64,000 nt of DNA, taken from positions 6,799-70,798 of the forward strand of contig DATKHC010000001.1 in the NCBI GenBank assembly GCA_035510465.1. The letters are read 5' to 3'. Within the stretch, counting starts at the first letter, position 1, and each line of letters opens with the position of its first letter. The stretch comes from Candidatus Saccharimonadales bacterium (GTDB lineage: Bacteria; Patescibacteriota; Saccharimonadia; Saccharimonadales; DATKHC01). Positions 27,868 to 36,495 of this stretch are shown here, piece by piece. A model generated the notes under the pieces. That model searched no databases. It saw nothing but the letters and a program-made list of their open reading frames with translations, and was not told the DNA's origin. The translations under genes and the position numbers were made by a program.

Positions 27868-29394
27868 ATGGCCGTTAATAAGCGTCAAAAGACACCAATA
27901 AAACGTAAGTTTTTCCTGCTGAAGATTCTCGGGCTAGCACTTTATAAAAGAGTTAGATACGGACAGGCCGAAATGATGACTACTTTGGCTGATGGTTTTT
28001 TAAACCTAGGTGGAGTCTACGTGAAGTTTCTGCAAGGTGTTCTATATCAAATTCCTATGATGAAACTATGGAAGAATGAAAATCGTTTTGACGTATACGA
28101 AAATGTTCCGATTGACGACATTGATGTTGAAACTTTCTTTTTAGAAAATTTATCGAAAGAACAGTTGGGAAAAATTAGAGAGGCTTCAAAGACTCCATTC
28201 GCCTCAGGCAGTTTTGGCCAAGTTTACAAGGGGAAACTTGAGAATAACAAAGAGGTTGTTTTTAAAATATTAAGGCCAAATACCCGTAAGATACTAAAAA
28301 GTGACTTACGGCTTATCGGACTGGTCTCGCGCTTTATCGCGGGAATGTTAACGAACTGGGATGTCGATCTTCGCAAATTGGTTAAGCAGTTTATCAGTTC
28401 AACTCTACGAGAAACTGACTATATTGCCGAGGCAAGCTTCGCTAATCGTCTTTATAAATACTATATAAACAGTGACGTTATTGTTATTCCAAAAACTTAT
28501 TCGGAATTGTCAGGTAAGAACATGATAGTACAAGATTATATAGGTGGGGTATCGCTAGCACAGTTACTCAGAGACAAAGAGCGAAATCTAAACAAGCAGG
28601 ATTTGGAAAAAATTGTTCGGGACGAGACCGGCTCAAGCCTAGAATTTCAGATAGAGCGTCTGGGCGTAGAAATAAATAAAGCTATATTAAATGGTGTATC
28701 AGTCCATGGTGATCCACACCCCGGCAACATAAGACTGCTGCCAGATAACAAAATAGCCTTTATTGACTTCGGGGTGGAGACTAAGCCGATAAAATCACCA
28801 GAGGCATATTACGGTGTTATAAAAGAATTTTGGAGAGCAGAGTATTTAAACAATCCTGACCCGGGTAAAATGTTCATTTCTTATATAAGGTTTTATTCCG
28901 GTAGGTTATACGAAAGCCTAAAATTATTCTCTGAACATGCCAGTACTAAATATATGAAAGTGATTAAGATTGATGACTGGATTGCAGAGTTCGGAAATAA
29001 GCTCTTTAAATCAAAGGTAAGTCAAGAAGCCTTATTGAACGGACTGGATAAGATTAGAAACGGCGAAAGTGCTAAAGAGATATCCGTAGATAAAATAGTT
29101 AACTCAGATAACCGATTCCAGGTAGGGGTAAAGATAGAGGATGGCTCAGTTTTACGAGTTGGGGCTAACTATATGAGTCTGGCAAGCGAGCTAGGTTTTA
29201 GATCAGTCGTACCGAGAGTTTATAACCAGATAGTCCAGTACGTCGAACAATCCATGCCGCAGTTAAACTATGACAAAGAATCTGGCATGGGAATATCCGA
29301 AGCTACGGAAACGGTTTATCTGTGGTTAGAAAAAATAGCTAATAAAGACGGCGATTTATACCAAGAGATCATTAGCTATATTGGTAACTCTTAG
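27868..29394 (+). CDS. ABC1/UbiB-family atypical protein kinase (second paralogue)
   Basis: GGVYVKFLQ, ASGSFGQVY, DPHPGNI and IDFG motifs. Confidence 0.8.
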   Translation: MAVNKRQKTPIKRKFFLLKILGLALYKRVRYGQAEMMTTLADGFLNLGGVYVKFLQGVLYQIPMMKLWKNENRFDVYENVPIDDIDVETFFLENLSKEQLGKIREASKTPFASGSFGQVYKGKLENNKEVVFKILRPNTRKILKSDLRLIGLVSRFIAGMLTNWDVDLRKLVKQFISSTLRETDYIAEASFANRLYKYYINSDVIVIPKTYSELSGKNMIVQDYIGGVSLAQLLRDKERNLNKQDLEKIVRDETGSSLEFQIERLGVEINKAILNGVSVHGDPHPGNIRLLPDNKIAFIDFGVETKPIKSPEAYYGVIKEFWRAEYLNNPDPGKMFISYIRFYSGRLYESLKLFSEHASTKYMKVIKIDDWIAEFGNKLFKSKVSQEALLNGLDKIRNGESAKEISVDKIVNSDNRFQVGVKIEDGSVLRVGANYMSLASELGFRSVVPRVYNQIVQYVEQSMPQLNYDKESGMGISEATETVYLWLEKIANKDGDLYQEIISYIGNS

Positions 29395-29978
29395 CCTTTT
29401 GCTCGAGCTGTTGCTAGCGCGTCAGAATACCACTTCAGGTCTTCTAACAATTTAGTCACCGCAGCTTGTGGGCCCATCGGGTTACTCTTTAATTCCTCAT
29501 TTAGATTACCTTTTTCGTCGATCACTTCTCCCACGCGCCCCATAAAATAGAGCGCATTTGGAGTTGTGAAAGTCTGTAGTCCTGGAAGCACTCCTCTTAA
29601 ATGGGCTATGGCTTGTGAACCACCAGTAACACCGTGTGATACTAGTGCAACTGGCTTTCTCCGAAGCTGAAAAGCTACATAGTCCAAGGCATTCTTTAAG
29701 ACCGCTGAGTATGATCGATTATATTCTGGTGTCACCAAAACGAAAGCATCGCCTTGATCTAATTTAGACAAAAATTTGGCAACGACCTCATCTGGTTTTC
29801 GATTAGGATTATACTGTGGCGACATTGCTTCGTCTAAAAACGACATGTCATATTCTGCTAGGTCAATTATCTCAACCTCTGAATCGGGTAGATTCTTGGC
29901 CTCATTCGCAACCCATTTTGCTAATTTATCAGTCACTCGACCTGGTCTTGTACTACCAACAATAATCTGTAATTTCAT
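29391..29978 (-). CDS. NADPH-dependent FMN reductase family protein
   Basis: MKLQIIVGSTRPGR N-terminus and flavodoxin-like fold signature. Confidence 0.75.
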   Translation of the reverse strand: MKLQIIVGSTRPGRVTDKLAKWVANEAKNLPDSEVEIIDLAEYDMSFLDEAMSPQYNPNRKPDEVVAKFLSKLDQGDAFVLVTPEYNRSYSAVLKNALDYVAFQLRRKPVALVSHGVTGGSQAIAHLRGVLPGLQTFTTPNALYFMGRVGEVIDEKGNLNEELKSNPMGPQAAVTKLLEDLKWYSDALATARAKG

Positions 29979-30058
29979 AAAAATTCTCCTCTGATTTTGC
30001 TGTGGTATACTTTATATAGTAATATTGAGTATACAGACAATACTATATTTTGTAAAGT

Positions 30059-30397
30059 ATGAAGACTCTATCTACAAAACTCCCCATTGAAGCAAAAGCT
30101 GGCTGTATAGCGAATGCTATGCAAATAATGGGAAACAAATGGACAGCATTAATTCTGCGCGACCTGACCAAAGGCCCAATTCGTTTTCATGAAATAGAAG
30201 AGTCCGTTCAGGGCATTAATCCCCGGACACTAAGTAAAAGACTTGATGATCTAGAAAGTTACGGAATCATAACTAAACAAAGCTTCGCAGAAGTACCACC
30301 TAGAGTTGAATACACACTAACCAAGAAAGGCCAGGACCTTATACCTATTCTTAAACAAATGGCAAATTGGGGAGAGAGATATTTTACGAAAACTTGA
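30059..30397 (+). CDS. HxlR-family transcriptional regulator
   Basis: GNKWTALILRDL ... PPRVEYTLT pattern. Confidence 0.85.
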   Translation: MKTLSTKLPIEAKAGCIANAMQIMGNKWTALILRDLTKGPIRFHEIEESVQGINPRTLSKRLDDLESYGIITKQSFAEVPPRVEYTLTKKGQDLIPILKQMANWGERYFTKT

Positions 30398-30474
30398 ATC
30401 ATTCCAGACAAAAAATCGTTTATGCTACATTAATAATGTAGTGGTCCAAAATAATGTGTGGAAAGGCACCGTCT

Positions 30475-30507
30475 AGAGTTGTACTAAATTAATATCAATA
30501 CAACTCT
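30475..30507 (+). promoter_or_regulatory. 9-bp inverted repeat upstream of the MFS gene (candidate operator)
   Basis: AGAGTTGTA, 15 nt, TACAACTCT. A second palindrome, CTACAT-TAATA-ATGTAG, lies at 30424-30440. Confidence 0.35.
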
Positions 30508-30524
30508 GATATAAACAACTAAAT

Positions 30525-31982
30525 ATGGAAAAGAAAGCAACTAATCACTGGTTTATTCTGGTAATCCTTGCCTTAGCTCAGTTTATGGTGGTGCTCGATA
30601 TATCAATCGTTAATGTCATGCTACCCACCGTTCAGAAAACATTTCATTTAAGCCAGCTAAATCTTCAATGGATAATAACTGCTTATACTCTAGCTTTCGG
30701 CGGTTTCTTACTATTGGGTGGACGTGCAGCTGACCTATTCGGTCGAAGAAAAGTCTTTTTGTCAGGCGTAGTTGTGTTCACACTTGCTTCACTTGCTGAT
30801 GGCCTTTCGCAATCTGGAGGTATGCTTATAAGCCTAAGGGTAGTCCAAGGTCTAGCTGGGGCTTTTATGTCACCGGCTGCACTTTCAATCGTCCTTGTTA
30901 CATACCGTGAAGGTCATGCCCGTAATCTAGCACTCTCTGTATGGGGTGCTGTGGCAGCAGGCGGTGCTGCTGTCGGAGTACTACTTGGAGGTATCGTTAC
31001 GCAGTACCTGGGATGGCGTTGGAACTTCTTTATTAACGTACCGATTGGTATTTTAGTCATAGCTTTTGCATGGAAACTAGTACCTAGACATGAAAATGAA
31101 GAGAAAAAATCTAATCTCGATCTACCAGGAGCAGTTTCAGTAACTGTTGGATTAATGTCGCTGGTTTACGCACTCACTAATGCTCCTACTAAAGGTTGGA
31201 CATCCCACTCGTCACTTCTGTTCTTCGGGATAGCTATTGTTCTTCTGGTCTTCTTTGTTATGAATGAACTGCGAGCAAAGCACCCGCTAATGCCAATGTC
31301 GATATTTAAAATTCGTAACGTAGCAGGAGCAAATCTAATACAATTAACAGTTGCAGCCTCACTATTTTCAGTTTTCTTCTTTACGACTTTATATGTACAG
31401 GAGATTTTAGGGTATTCCCCTGTTAAGACAGGAGTAAGTTTCTTGGCATTGCCGATTGTAATCGCAATCTGCGCGACTAATGCCCCGCATTTAATAAAAA
31501 GGATCGGGTTTAGACCAATCTTGATAGTTGCCCCCTTGTTTACTGCCACAGGTCTTTTTATGCTAGGACACGTCCCAGTACATGGTCACTATTTCCATGA
31601 CCTTCTTCCAGGATTTATCCTGATGTCTATAGGACTTGGCTTCTCATTTGTCAGTATCCTAGTTGCTGCAACTTCTGGAGTAGCAGGACATTTGTCAGGC
31701 TTGGCGTCTGGACTTGTTAACACAGCTCAACAAGTTGGTGGCTCGCTTGGGCTAGCAATCCTCAGTGGAATCGCAGCATCTAGTACAGTTAGGTATATCG
31801 CGCACGCTGGGATACCAACTCAGCTTACTGCGGTTGCCGCAAGGGTTCACGGATTTCAAACTGGCTATTATGCAGCTGTCGGATTCGCGCTTTTCGCATC
31901 TCTTCTTGCTATAGTCGTACTTAGGAAGCCTAAGCAACCGGCAGGTGGAAAGTCAGAAACCGAGCCTGTTGTTGCGCTATAG
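30525..31982 (+). CDS. MFS transporter, DHA2 (14-TMS, EmrB/QacA-like)
   Basis: About 14 hydrophobic segments and the motif GGRAADLFGRRKVF. Confidence 0.85.
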   Translation: MEKKATNHWFILVILALAQFMVVLDISIVNVMLPTVQKTFHLSQLNLQWIITAYTLAFGGFLLLGGRAADLFGRRKVFLSGVVVFTLASLADGLSQSGGMLISLRVVQGLAGAFMSPAALSIVLVTYREGHARNLALSVWGAVAAGGAAVGVLLGGIVTQYLGWRWNFFINVPIGILVIAFAWKLVPRHENEEKKSNLDLPGAVSVTVGLMSLVYALTNAPTKGWTSHSSLLFFGIAIVLLVFFVMNELRAKHPLMPMSIFKIRNVAGANLIQLTVAASLFSVFFFTTLYVQEILGYSPVKTGVSFLALPIVIAICATNAPHLIKRIGFRPILIVAPLFTATGLFMLGHVPVHGHYFHDLLPGFILMSIGLGFSFVSILVAATSGVAGHLSGLASGLVNTAQQVGGSLGLAILSGIAASSTVRYIAHAGIPTQLTAVAARVHGFQTGYYAAVGFALFASLLAIVVLRKPKQPAGGKSETEPVVAL

Positions 31983-32019
31983 AATCGTTTTAAGTCTTCA
32001 CTGTTTATAGGATTTATAC

Positions 32020-32637
32020 TTACGTTGAGGTGGGTCTGTCTACTATAAGCACACCCGCAGCTTCTAACTTGGTAAATATCTCAAAGCCTGGGTCTTTTGA
32101 GTGGAGCGCTTTTGCAAGAGACGTAACCGCAGCCAATCCTACTTCGAATTCTACTTCACCTATTCCTCCGCCTTCTCCTCTGGATACTTTGTGATAATCT
32201 TCTGAGTCAGCAACCGCAAACGAGGTATTGTATCCTCTACCAGTTGGGTTACGGTAACCTATGCTAGCTATTCTTCCCATTACGCCTACGGTCCTAATAA
32301 AAGCTAGTTTTGGGTCTACATTATCCAATTCGGTCCACCTAAACCTTGCTTCAAGGCCCGGGGTTTGTGACACGTACTCTAATTTCTGATTATTCGTACG
32401 AACTAAACCGTGACCACTTGCCCCAACTTTTACAATTGCGGTTGTTAGAGCATATTTCTGTCTTCCAATATTTTTAGCTAGATATACACCAAGTAGTGTG
32501 GAAATCCACTCCTGGGAAGAAAAAGAATCATCATCCCTGAAAAAAATGGCTATCCTACTGTTTTTTTCTCTAGCTTCCAGAGGTGGCAACTTTTTAAACA
32601 TGCTTGGGATACTAACATACATGTTCGTCATTGGCAC
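32020..32637 (-). CDS. hypothetical protein
   Basis: 205-aa ORF in an apparent operon with the HD protein. No family recognised. Confidence 0.4.
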   Translation of the reverse strand: MPMTNMYVSIPSMFKKLPPLEAREKNSRIAIFFRDDDSFSSQEWISTLLGVYLAKNIGRQKYALTTAIVKVGASGHGLVRTNNQKLEYVSQTPGLEARFRWTELDNVDPKLAFIRTVGVMGRIASIGYRNPTGRGYNTSFAVADSEDYHKVSRGEGGGIGEVEFEVGLAAVTSLAKALHSKDPGFEIFTKLEAAGVLIVDRPTST

Positions 32638-32677
32638 AAGCGAAAACCATAGATTGATATAATATCCTTATGTCATT

Positions 32678-33295
32678 TCAATCCTGGGATCGATAAAAAT
32701 ACTCAGGGTGAGATTCAAATATAGCCCACAGCTCTTCAAAATACTTACCAATCTCAGGATAAGTCTGAGCTTTATTACGACTTGGGGTAAGGCCCGCTAA
32801 GAACGCTCCCTTGGTAAGTTGCTTATCAATGTATGCCTGTCCTTTATCGATACGTCTGATAACTAAGGCAATTAGCTTGTCCAGAGCATAAACAAACTTT
32901 GCTTCTTTAGTATCTTGTCGTTCGTAGGTTTCAATAGTTGAAGATATCCAAGGTAGATGCGAAAAGCGTTCGGCTATACTCTGTTGTGCAGCGACTTCGT
33001 TCTGTTTCTTTTTGGCTAGTTTATCTGCTGAATCCCAGACGGAAATATCACTGGCATATACTTCGGGAATATCATGCACAATAGCAAGCTGCGCAATTAA
33101 ACCAAGATCTAATTCAGGATCAATTTGAGAAGCAATACTACAAGCCAAAAATGCAAGCGACCAACTATGCTCAGCATCTGTCTCATCTCTGCGAATAGTG
33201 CCAGGGATGACCATATCTCGTTCTATGTGATAGAACGGTATTACTAACTCACTGACGACTTCCTCGATATCATCGTATGTGGGTTTTTCTGACAT
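32678..33295 (-). CDS. HD-domain phosphohydrolase (YfbR-like 5'-deoxynucleotidase family)
   Basis: DAEHSWSLA ... VHDIPEVYASD HD signature. Confidence 0.7.
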   Translation of the reverse strand: MSEKPTYDDIEEVVSELVIPFYHIERDMVIPGTIRRDETDAEHSWSLAFLACSIASQIDPELDLGLIAQLAIVHDIPEVYASDISVWDSADKLAKKKQNEVAAQQSIAERFSHLPWISSTIETYERQDTKEAKFVYALDKLIALVIRRIDKGQAYIDKQLTKGAFLAGLTPSRNKAQTYPEIGKYFEELWAIFESHPEYFYRSQD

Positions 33296-33339
33296 AGCTA
33301 GAGTATCGCAGAGATAACATTTAGGTAAAAGCTTAATAT

Positions 33340-33368
33340 AAAAAAAATGACCTCAATACCTAAGGTCA
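33340..33368 (-). terminator. rho-independent terminator after non-coding element copy 1
   Basis: Minus strand reads UGACCU-UAGGUAUUG-AGGUCA followed by U8. Confidence 0.65.
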
Positions 33369-33381
33369 AAATGTTTATGCT

Positions 33382-33669
33382 TGGAGGTCGGGTCTGACTA
33401 TGGGTCACCCAATTAATGGCTGAGATAACACGTTGGTACTGTCATAGCTGCTGAGTACTCCCAACACGCTTTGGCTACATATAAAGTCTGATGTGTTCGG
33501 GGCTCTTAAGGTAGAGTTATTGGTTTTTAACCGAATCTACCTTAATTAAAAGCTCTTAATAGCTAAAAGGGATGGTTCGCTGGTTCCTTACGATACTACC
33601 CTTAGTTAACGCCTACCTAGTTTGAAAGTGCAAAAGTACAACTACTATAGTAGGAGACTTTTTGAGTTT
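33382..33669 (-). ncRNA. conserved structured non-coding element, copy 1 (unclassified; candidate RNA)
   Basis: About 290 nt directly after the PIN stop codon and homologous to 35384-35679. Shows compensatory changes and a GUAA tetraloop hairpin. Ends in CCTCCA and is followed by a terminator. Confidence 0.5.
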
Positions 33670-34068
33670 TCAGTTTAAGGCAAGTGTCGTAACACAATCC
33701 CTGACACTTATGATTTTGATATTTTTATGCTCTTTAAGTTCAAGTAAAAGCTTATCACCTGTTACTAAGTAGTCAGCATTACCTTTAACACTTGTTTCTA
33801 ATATTCTGTTATCGGGTTCGTCAGTTATAACATGGAGGAAAGGCTGAAAGTATACTACATCCGCTTCACTTAGCAGCTGCTGTAGTAGTTTTATATTAGT
33901 AGGCTGAGCTTTAAATCTATCCTCAAGTATACGGGTTGTTTCAGCAATGATATATGACGATAAAACCAATCCATGCAACCCTCCTAGCGTGCTAAGCAAG
34001 AGCTGCTCTGGCAAGCCATCAAATAGCAAAGCTGAAATGATAACGTTAGTGTCAAGAACAAGACGCAT
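33670..34068 (-). CDS. PIN-domain toxin (type II TA)
   Basis: MRLVLDTNVIISAL N-terminus, later acidic residues, and a 1-nt overlap with the upstream RHH gene. Confidence 0.8.
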   Translation of the reverse strand: MRLVLDTNVIISALLFDGLPEQLLLSTLGGLHGLVLSSYIIAETTRILEDRFKAQPTNIKLLQQLLSEADVVYFQPFLHVITDEPDNRILETSVKGNADYLVTGDKLLLELKEHKNIKIISVRDCVTTLALN

Positions 34069-34304
34069 TACTTAGCTCGGTGGGCGCGGACAACTTCTAC
34101 TACTTCATCTTCACTGAGTTGCTTGCCCTTATATTGGCTACGAACTTTGCTGGTTAAGCTTTCCCATTGCTCTAGGGTAGCTAATTGCTTTCTTACCGCT
34201 AGACGAACAAAATCACTACGGCTACTTCCTTGGCGCTTAGTTTGAGCGTCAATACGCTTTACGAGCTGTTTGGGCATTGATATGTTGAAAGTTTGTGAGT
34301 TCAT
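34068..34304 (-). CDS. ribbon-helix-helix (CopG-like) antitoxin
   Basis: FNISMPKQLVKRIDAQTKRQGSSRSDFVRLAV is an RHH pattern. Confidence 0.75.
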   Translation of the reverse strand: MNSQTFNISMPKQLVKRIDAQTKRQGSSRSDFVRLAVRKQLATLEQWESLTSKVRSQYKGKQLSEDEVVEVVRAHRAK

Positions 34305-34310
34305 ACAAAC

Positions 34311-34339
34311 ATTGTATGATACTATGCTTCGGTTGTCAA
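34311..34339 (-). promoter_or_regulatory. consensus-like promoter of RHH-PIN module 1
   Basis: Minus strand reads TTGACA, 17 nt, TACAAT, ending 6 nt before the ATG. Confidence 0.6.
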
Positions 34340-34394
34340 GTAGGAAATGTAAAAGTGCAGCACCTATGTATGTGCATTTTGCAGTTTCGGGATT

Positions 34395-35204
34395 CTAATT
34401 ATAGCTAACGCTACTCAAGATTTGATTTGCAGTTTGTACTTCGCTATTGCTAAACCATGCCTGGGCTTCAGCAATACTGCTGAAGTTGAGATAGTTCCCA
34501 CCTGCACTGTTATTTAATGAACCAACATTAAGGCACTGTAAGTTGCTTGTGCTAATAGTAGATTTAGTATTTTCAAAGAAGCCAGCAGCAGACTCATCAT
34601 CATTTCCTGTAGTGTTTGTATGTGAACCAACAGTAATGCCGTTTTGCTGAACAACTGCATTTGAAGTTAGATATAAGTTTTCTGAAATATTACTACTGCT
34701 ACTGCCTTGGTAAGACGAAACTGCCTTAACTATCTTAAAGCCCGGTGTTGAAGTTGGTGAAGTTACTGATAGAACATTATCGGTATAAGTTCCTGCTGGT
34801 GGGGCAGCTAATTGTGTGCAATAAGGTTGATATTCAACCGTTACATTACCTGATGGACTGGTTATATTGGCTTCTGTAGTTGTAGGCTCTGGAGCAATAG
34901 TCCCATCAGGGTCTACGCCAACTGATTTAGTGGCCAACGACCAGTTTGATGGATATTTAAGGCACAAGCCACCATAACTAGAACAGAAGGATTTCCAACC
35001 CGTATAGGGGTTAGTTACAGTGGTTGTTTTCGTTGAGCTGTATACTGGTTTTGCGGTCGAAACTGTAGCGGCAGAAGCGCTAGTAGTCTTGTGGTGGTTC
35101 TTATAGACTAACCAACCTACCGTACCAATTAAAGCCAATATAACTATAGCCAGTATTAGTTCGACAGCACTGAATCCTGAATCATTATTGTTTAGCTTTT
35201 TCAT
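34395..35204 (-). CDS. type IV pilin-like protein (large, Ser/Thr-rich)
   Basis: Prepilin motif SGFSAVELILAIVILALIG. Confidence 0.6.
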   Translation of the reverse strand: MKKLNNNDSGFSAVELILAIVILALIGTVGWLVYKNHHKTTSASAATVSTAKPVYSSTKTTTVTNPYTGWKSFCSSYGGLCLKYPSNWSLATKSVGVDPDGTIAPEPTTTEANITSPSGNVTVEYQPYCTQLAAPPAGTYTDNVLSVTSPTSTPGFKIVKAVSSYQGSSSSNISENLYLTSNAVVQQNGITVGSHTNTTGNDDESAAGFFENTKSTISTSNLQCLNVGSLNNSAGGNYLNFSSIAEAQAWFSNSEVQTANQILSSVSYN

Positions 35205-35259
35205 TAAGACTTATCCTTTTATTAGCTTCAGTTTAGCATTATAGATTAGGTGCATAGTT

Positions 35260-35383
35260 GGGTGTAACCAGTCGTAATTTTACTGGTTGAATTTAACTGT
35301 TTAAAATCAAAAGTGTTTACACCCCATGGATAACAGATATAGAAGCGGGATAATAACAGTAAAAATTGATGATTCTGTATTTG
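35260..35383 (-). repeat. direct repeat A' (copy of the sequence that follows tRNA-Lys)
   Basis: Minus strand CAAATACAGAATCATCAATTTTT...ATCTGTTATCCATGGGGTGTAAAC...GGTTACACCCAA aligns with 37425-37549. It contains a hairpin with a compensatory G-C to U-A change. Confidence 0.6.
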
Positions 35384-35679
35384 TGGAGGTCGAGACAGAC
35401 ACCAATGTACAACCTTTAATAGCTGAAGTACTGCGCTGGCGTAGTGTCATAGGTACTGTGTACTCCCAACAAGCTTTAACTACATACAAAGTCTGATTTG
35501 TTCGGGCTTTTAAGGTGGAAGCATTGGTTTCTCATCGAGCCTACCTTAATAACACCTCTTAATAGTTAAAAGGGATAGTTCGCTGGTTCCTTACGGTACT
35601 ACCCCTAGATAACTGCCTACCGACTTTGAAAGTGCAAAAGTACAACTACTATAGTAAGAGACTTTTTGCGTTTTCAGTG
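35384..35679 (-). ncRNA. conserved structured non-coding element, copy 2 (unclassified; candidate RNA)
   Basis: Homologous to 33382-33669 and located directly after the second PIN gene. It shares a 32-nt block (TACTATAGTAGTTGTACTTTTGCACTTTCAAA) and an 18-nt block (CGTAAGGAACCAGCGAAC), both identical. Confidence 0.5.
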
Positions 35680-36075
35680 CTAGCCTAAGATTTTATTGAA
35701 AGCTGTCGGAGTAATAATTGCTGTGCTTTTATACTTTTTAAGCACTGCCAAATCTTCATCAAGCGTAACAATATAGTCTGCTTTGCCATACAATGCTGTA
35801 GCTAAAATCATATCGTCATTAGAATCACGGGATATTTTCTCGATACTTTCTAGTTTCGCTACTTCAGATACTCTTACCAATAGATTAGTTCGTGATTTAG
35901 CAGCTTGTTTTGTTAAGCCGAACTTAGATGATAAAACTGTCTCTACTTCAGCTAGGATAGGAACTGAGATGACTATTACGATATTTCTAGAACTAACAGC
36001 TTGCTTCAGTTTTAATATCTGGTCTCTGCGTGATAGCAGCGTTACTAACACACTTGTGTCGTAGACAACACGCAT
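35680..36075 (-). CDS. PIN-domain toxin (type II TA)
   Basis: MRVVYDTSVLV N-terminus and PIN acidic residues. Only distantly similar to the other PIN. Confidence 0.8.
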   Translation of the reverse strand: MRVVYDTSVLVTLLSRRDQILKLKQAVSSRNIVIVISVPILAEVETVLSSKFGLTKQAAKSRTNLLVRVSEVAKLESIEKISRDSNDDMILATALYGKADYIVTLDEDLAVLKKYKSTAIITPTAFNKILG

Positions 36076-36078
36076 AAA

Positions 36079-36345
36079 TCAACGCTTTCTAGTTGAACTT
36101 CGTACTTCTTTAACTGCCCTAAGGTAGTCTTTGTCGCTTGCATAGCCAGCTTTCTTAGCACTTGCACGAACTTCGTCAGCACCAATTGCAAGTTCTCCCC
36201 ATATATCGTTATCTTGAGCTTTTAATCGTCTCACAATAGTTTGACGAATAAACTCGCTTCTAGAGGCATAATCCACACTAGCTGCATTATCAATTTTTTT
36301 TACTAATTCTTTGGGTAGTGATATATTTATAATCTGTGTAGTCAT
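36079..36345 (-). CDS. ribbon-helix-helix (CopG-like) antitoxin
   Basis: INISLPKELVKKIDNAASVDYASRSEFIRQTI is an RHH pattern. Confidence 0.75.
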   Translation of the reverse strand: MTTQIINISLPKELVKKIDNAASVDYASRSEFIRQTIVRRLKAQDNDIWGELAIGADEVRASAKKAGYASDKDYLRAVKEVRSSTRKR

Positions 36346-36373
36346 ATAAATCCTATATTAATTACATATAATT

Positions 36374-36402
36374 ATTATATGCCTATAGTCTACTGGTGTC
36401 AA
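36374..36402 (-). promoter_or_regulatory. consensus promoter of RHH-PIN module 2
   Basis: Minus strand reads TTGACA, 17 nt, TATAAT. Confidence 0.6.
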
Positions 36403-36495
36403 TACTATGTATTGGTCCATAACATACTAAACCTGCAAATGTAAAATCGTATATTACTACTTATTAAGACTCTAACTAAGTAACTCTGGCGGGAG

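Noticed and set aside
33382-33669. Group I intron identity for the PIN-associated structured element
   Set aside because: AUCAGACUUUAUAUGU and AUAGUCAGACC recall the R and S (P7) core elements of group I introns. However, I cannot build P4-P6. The segment between the candidate P8 and P7' is far too long, and there are no exons or a host gene. It remains an unclassified candidate, and only a covariance-model scan could settle it.
35307-35489. 60-aa ORF spanning repeat A' and the end of non-coding element copy 2
   Set aside because: It lies entirely in sequence that is conserved as non-coding repeat or structure. There is no equivalent ORF in copy 1 or in repeat A.
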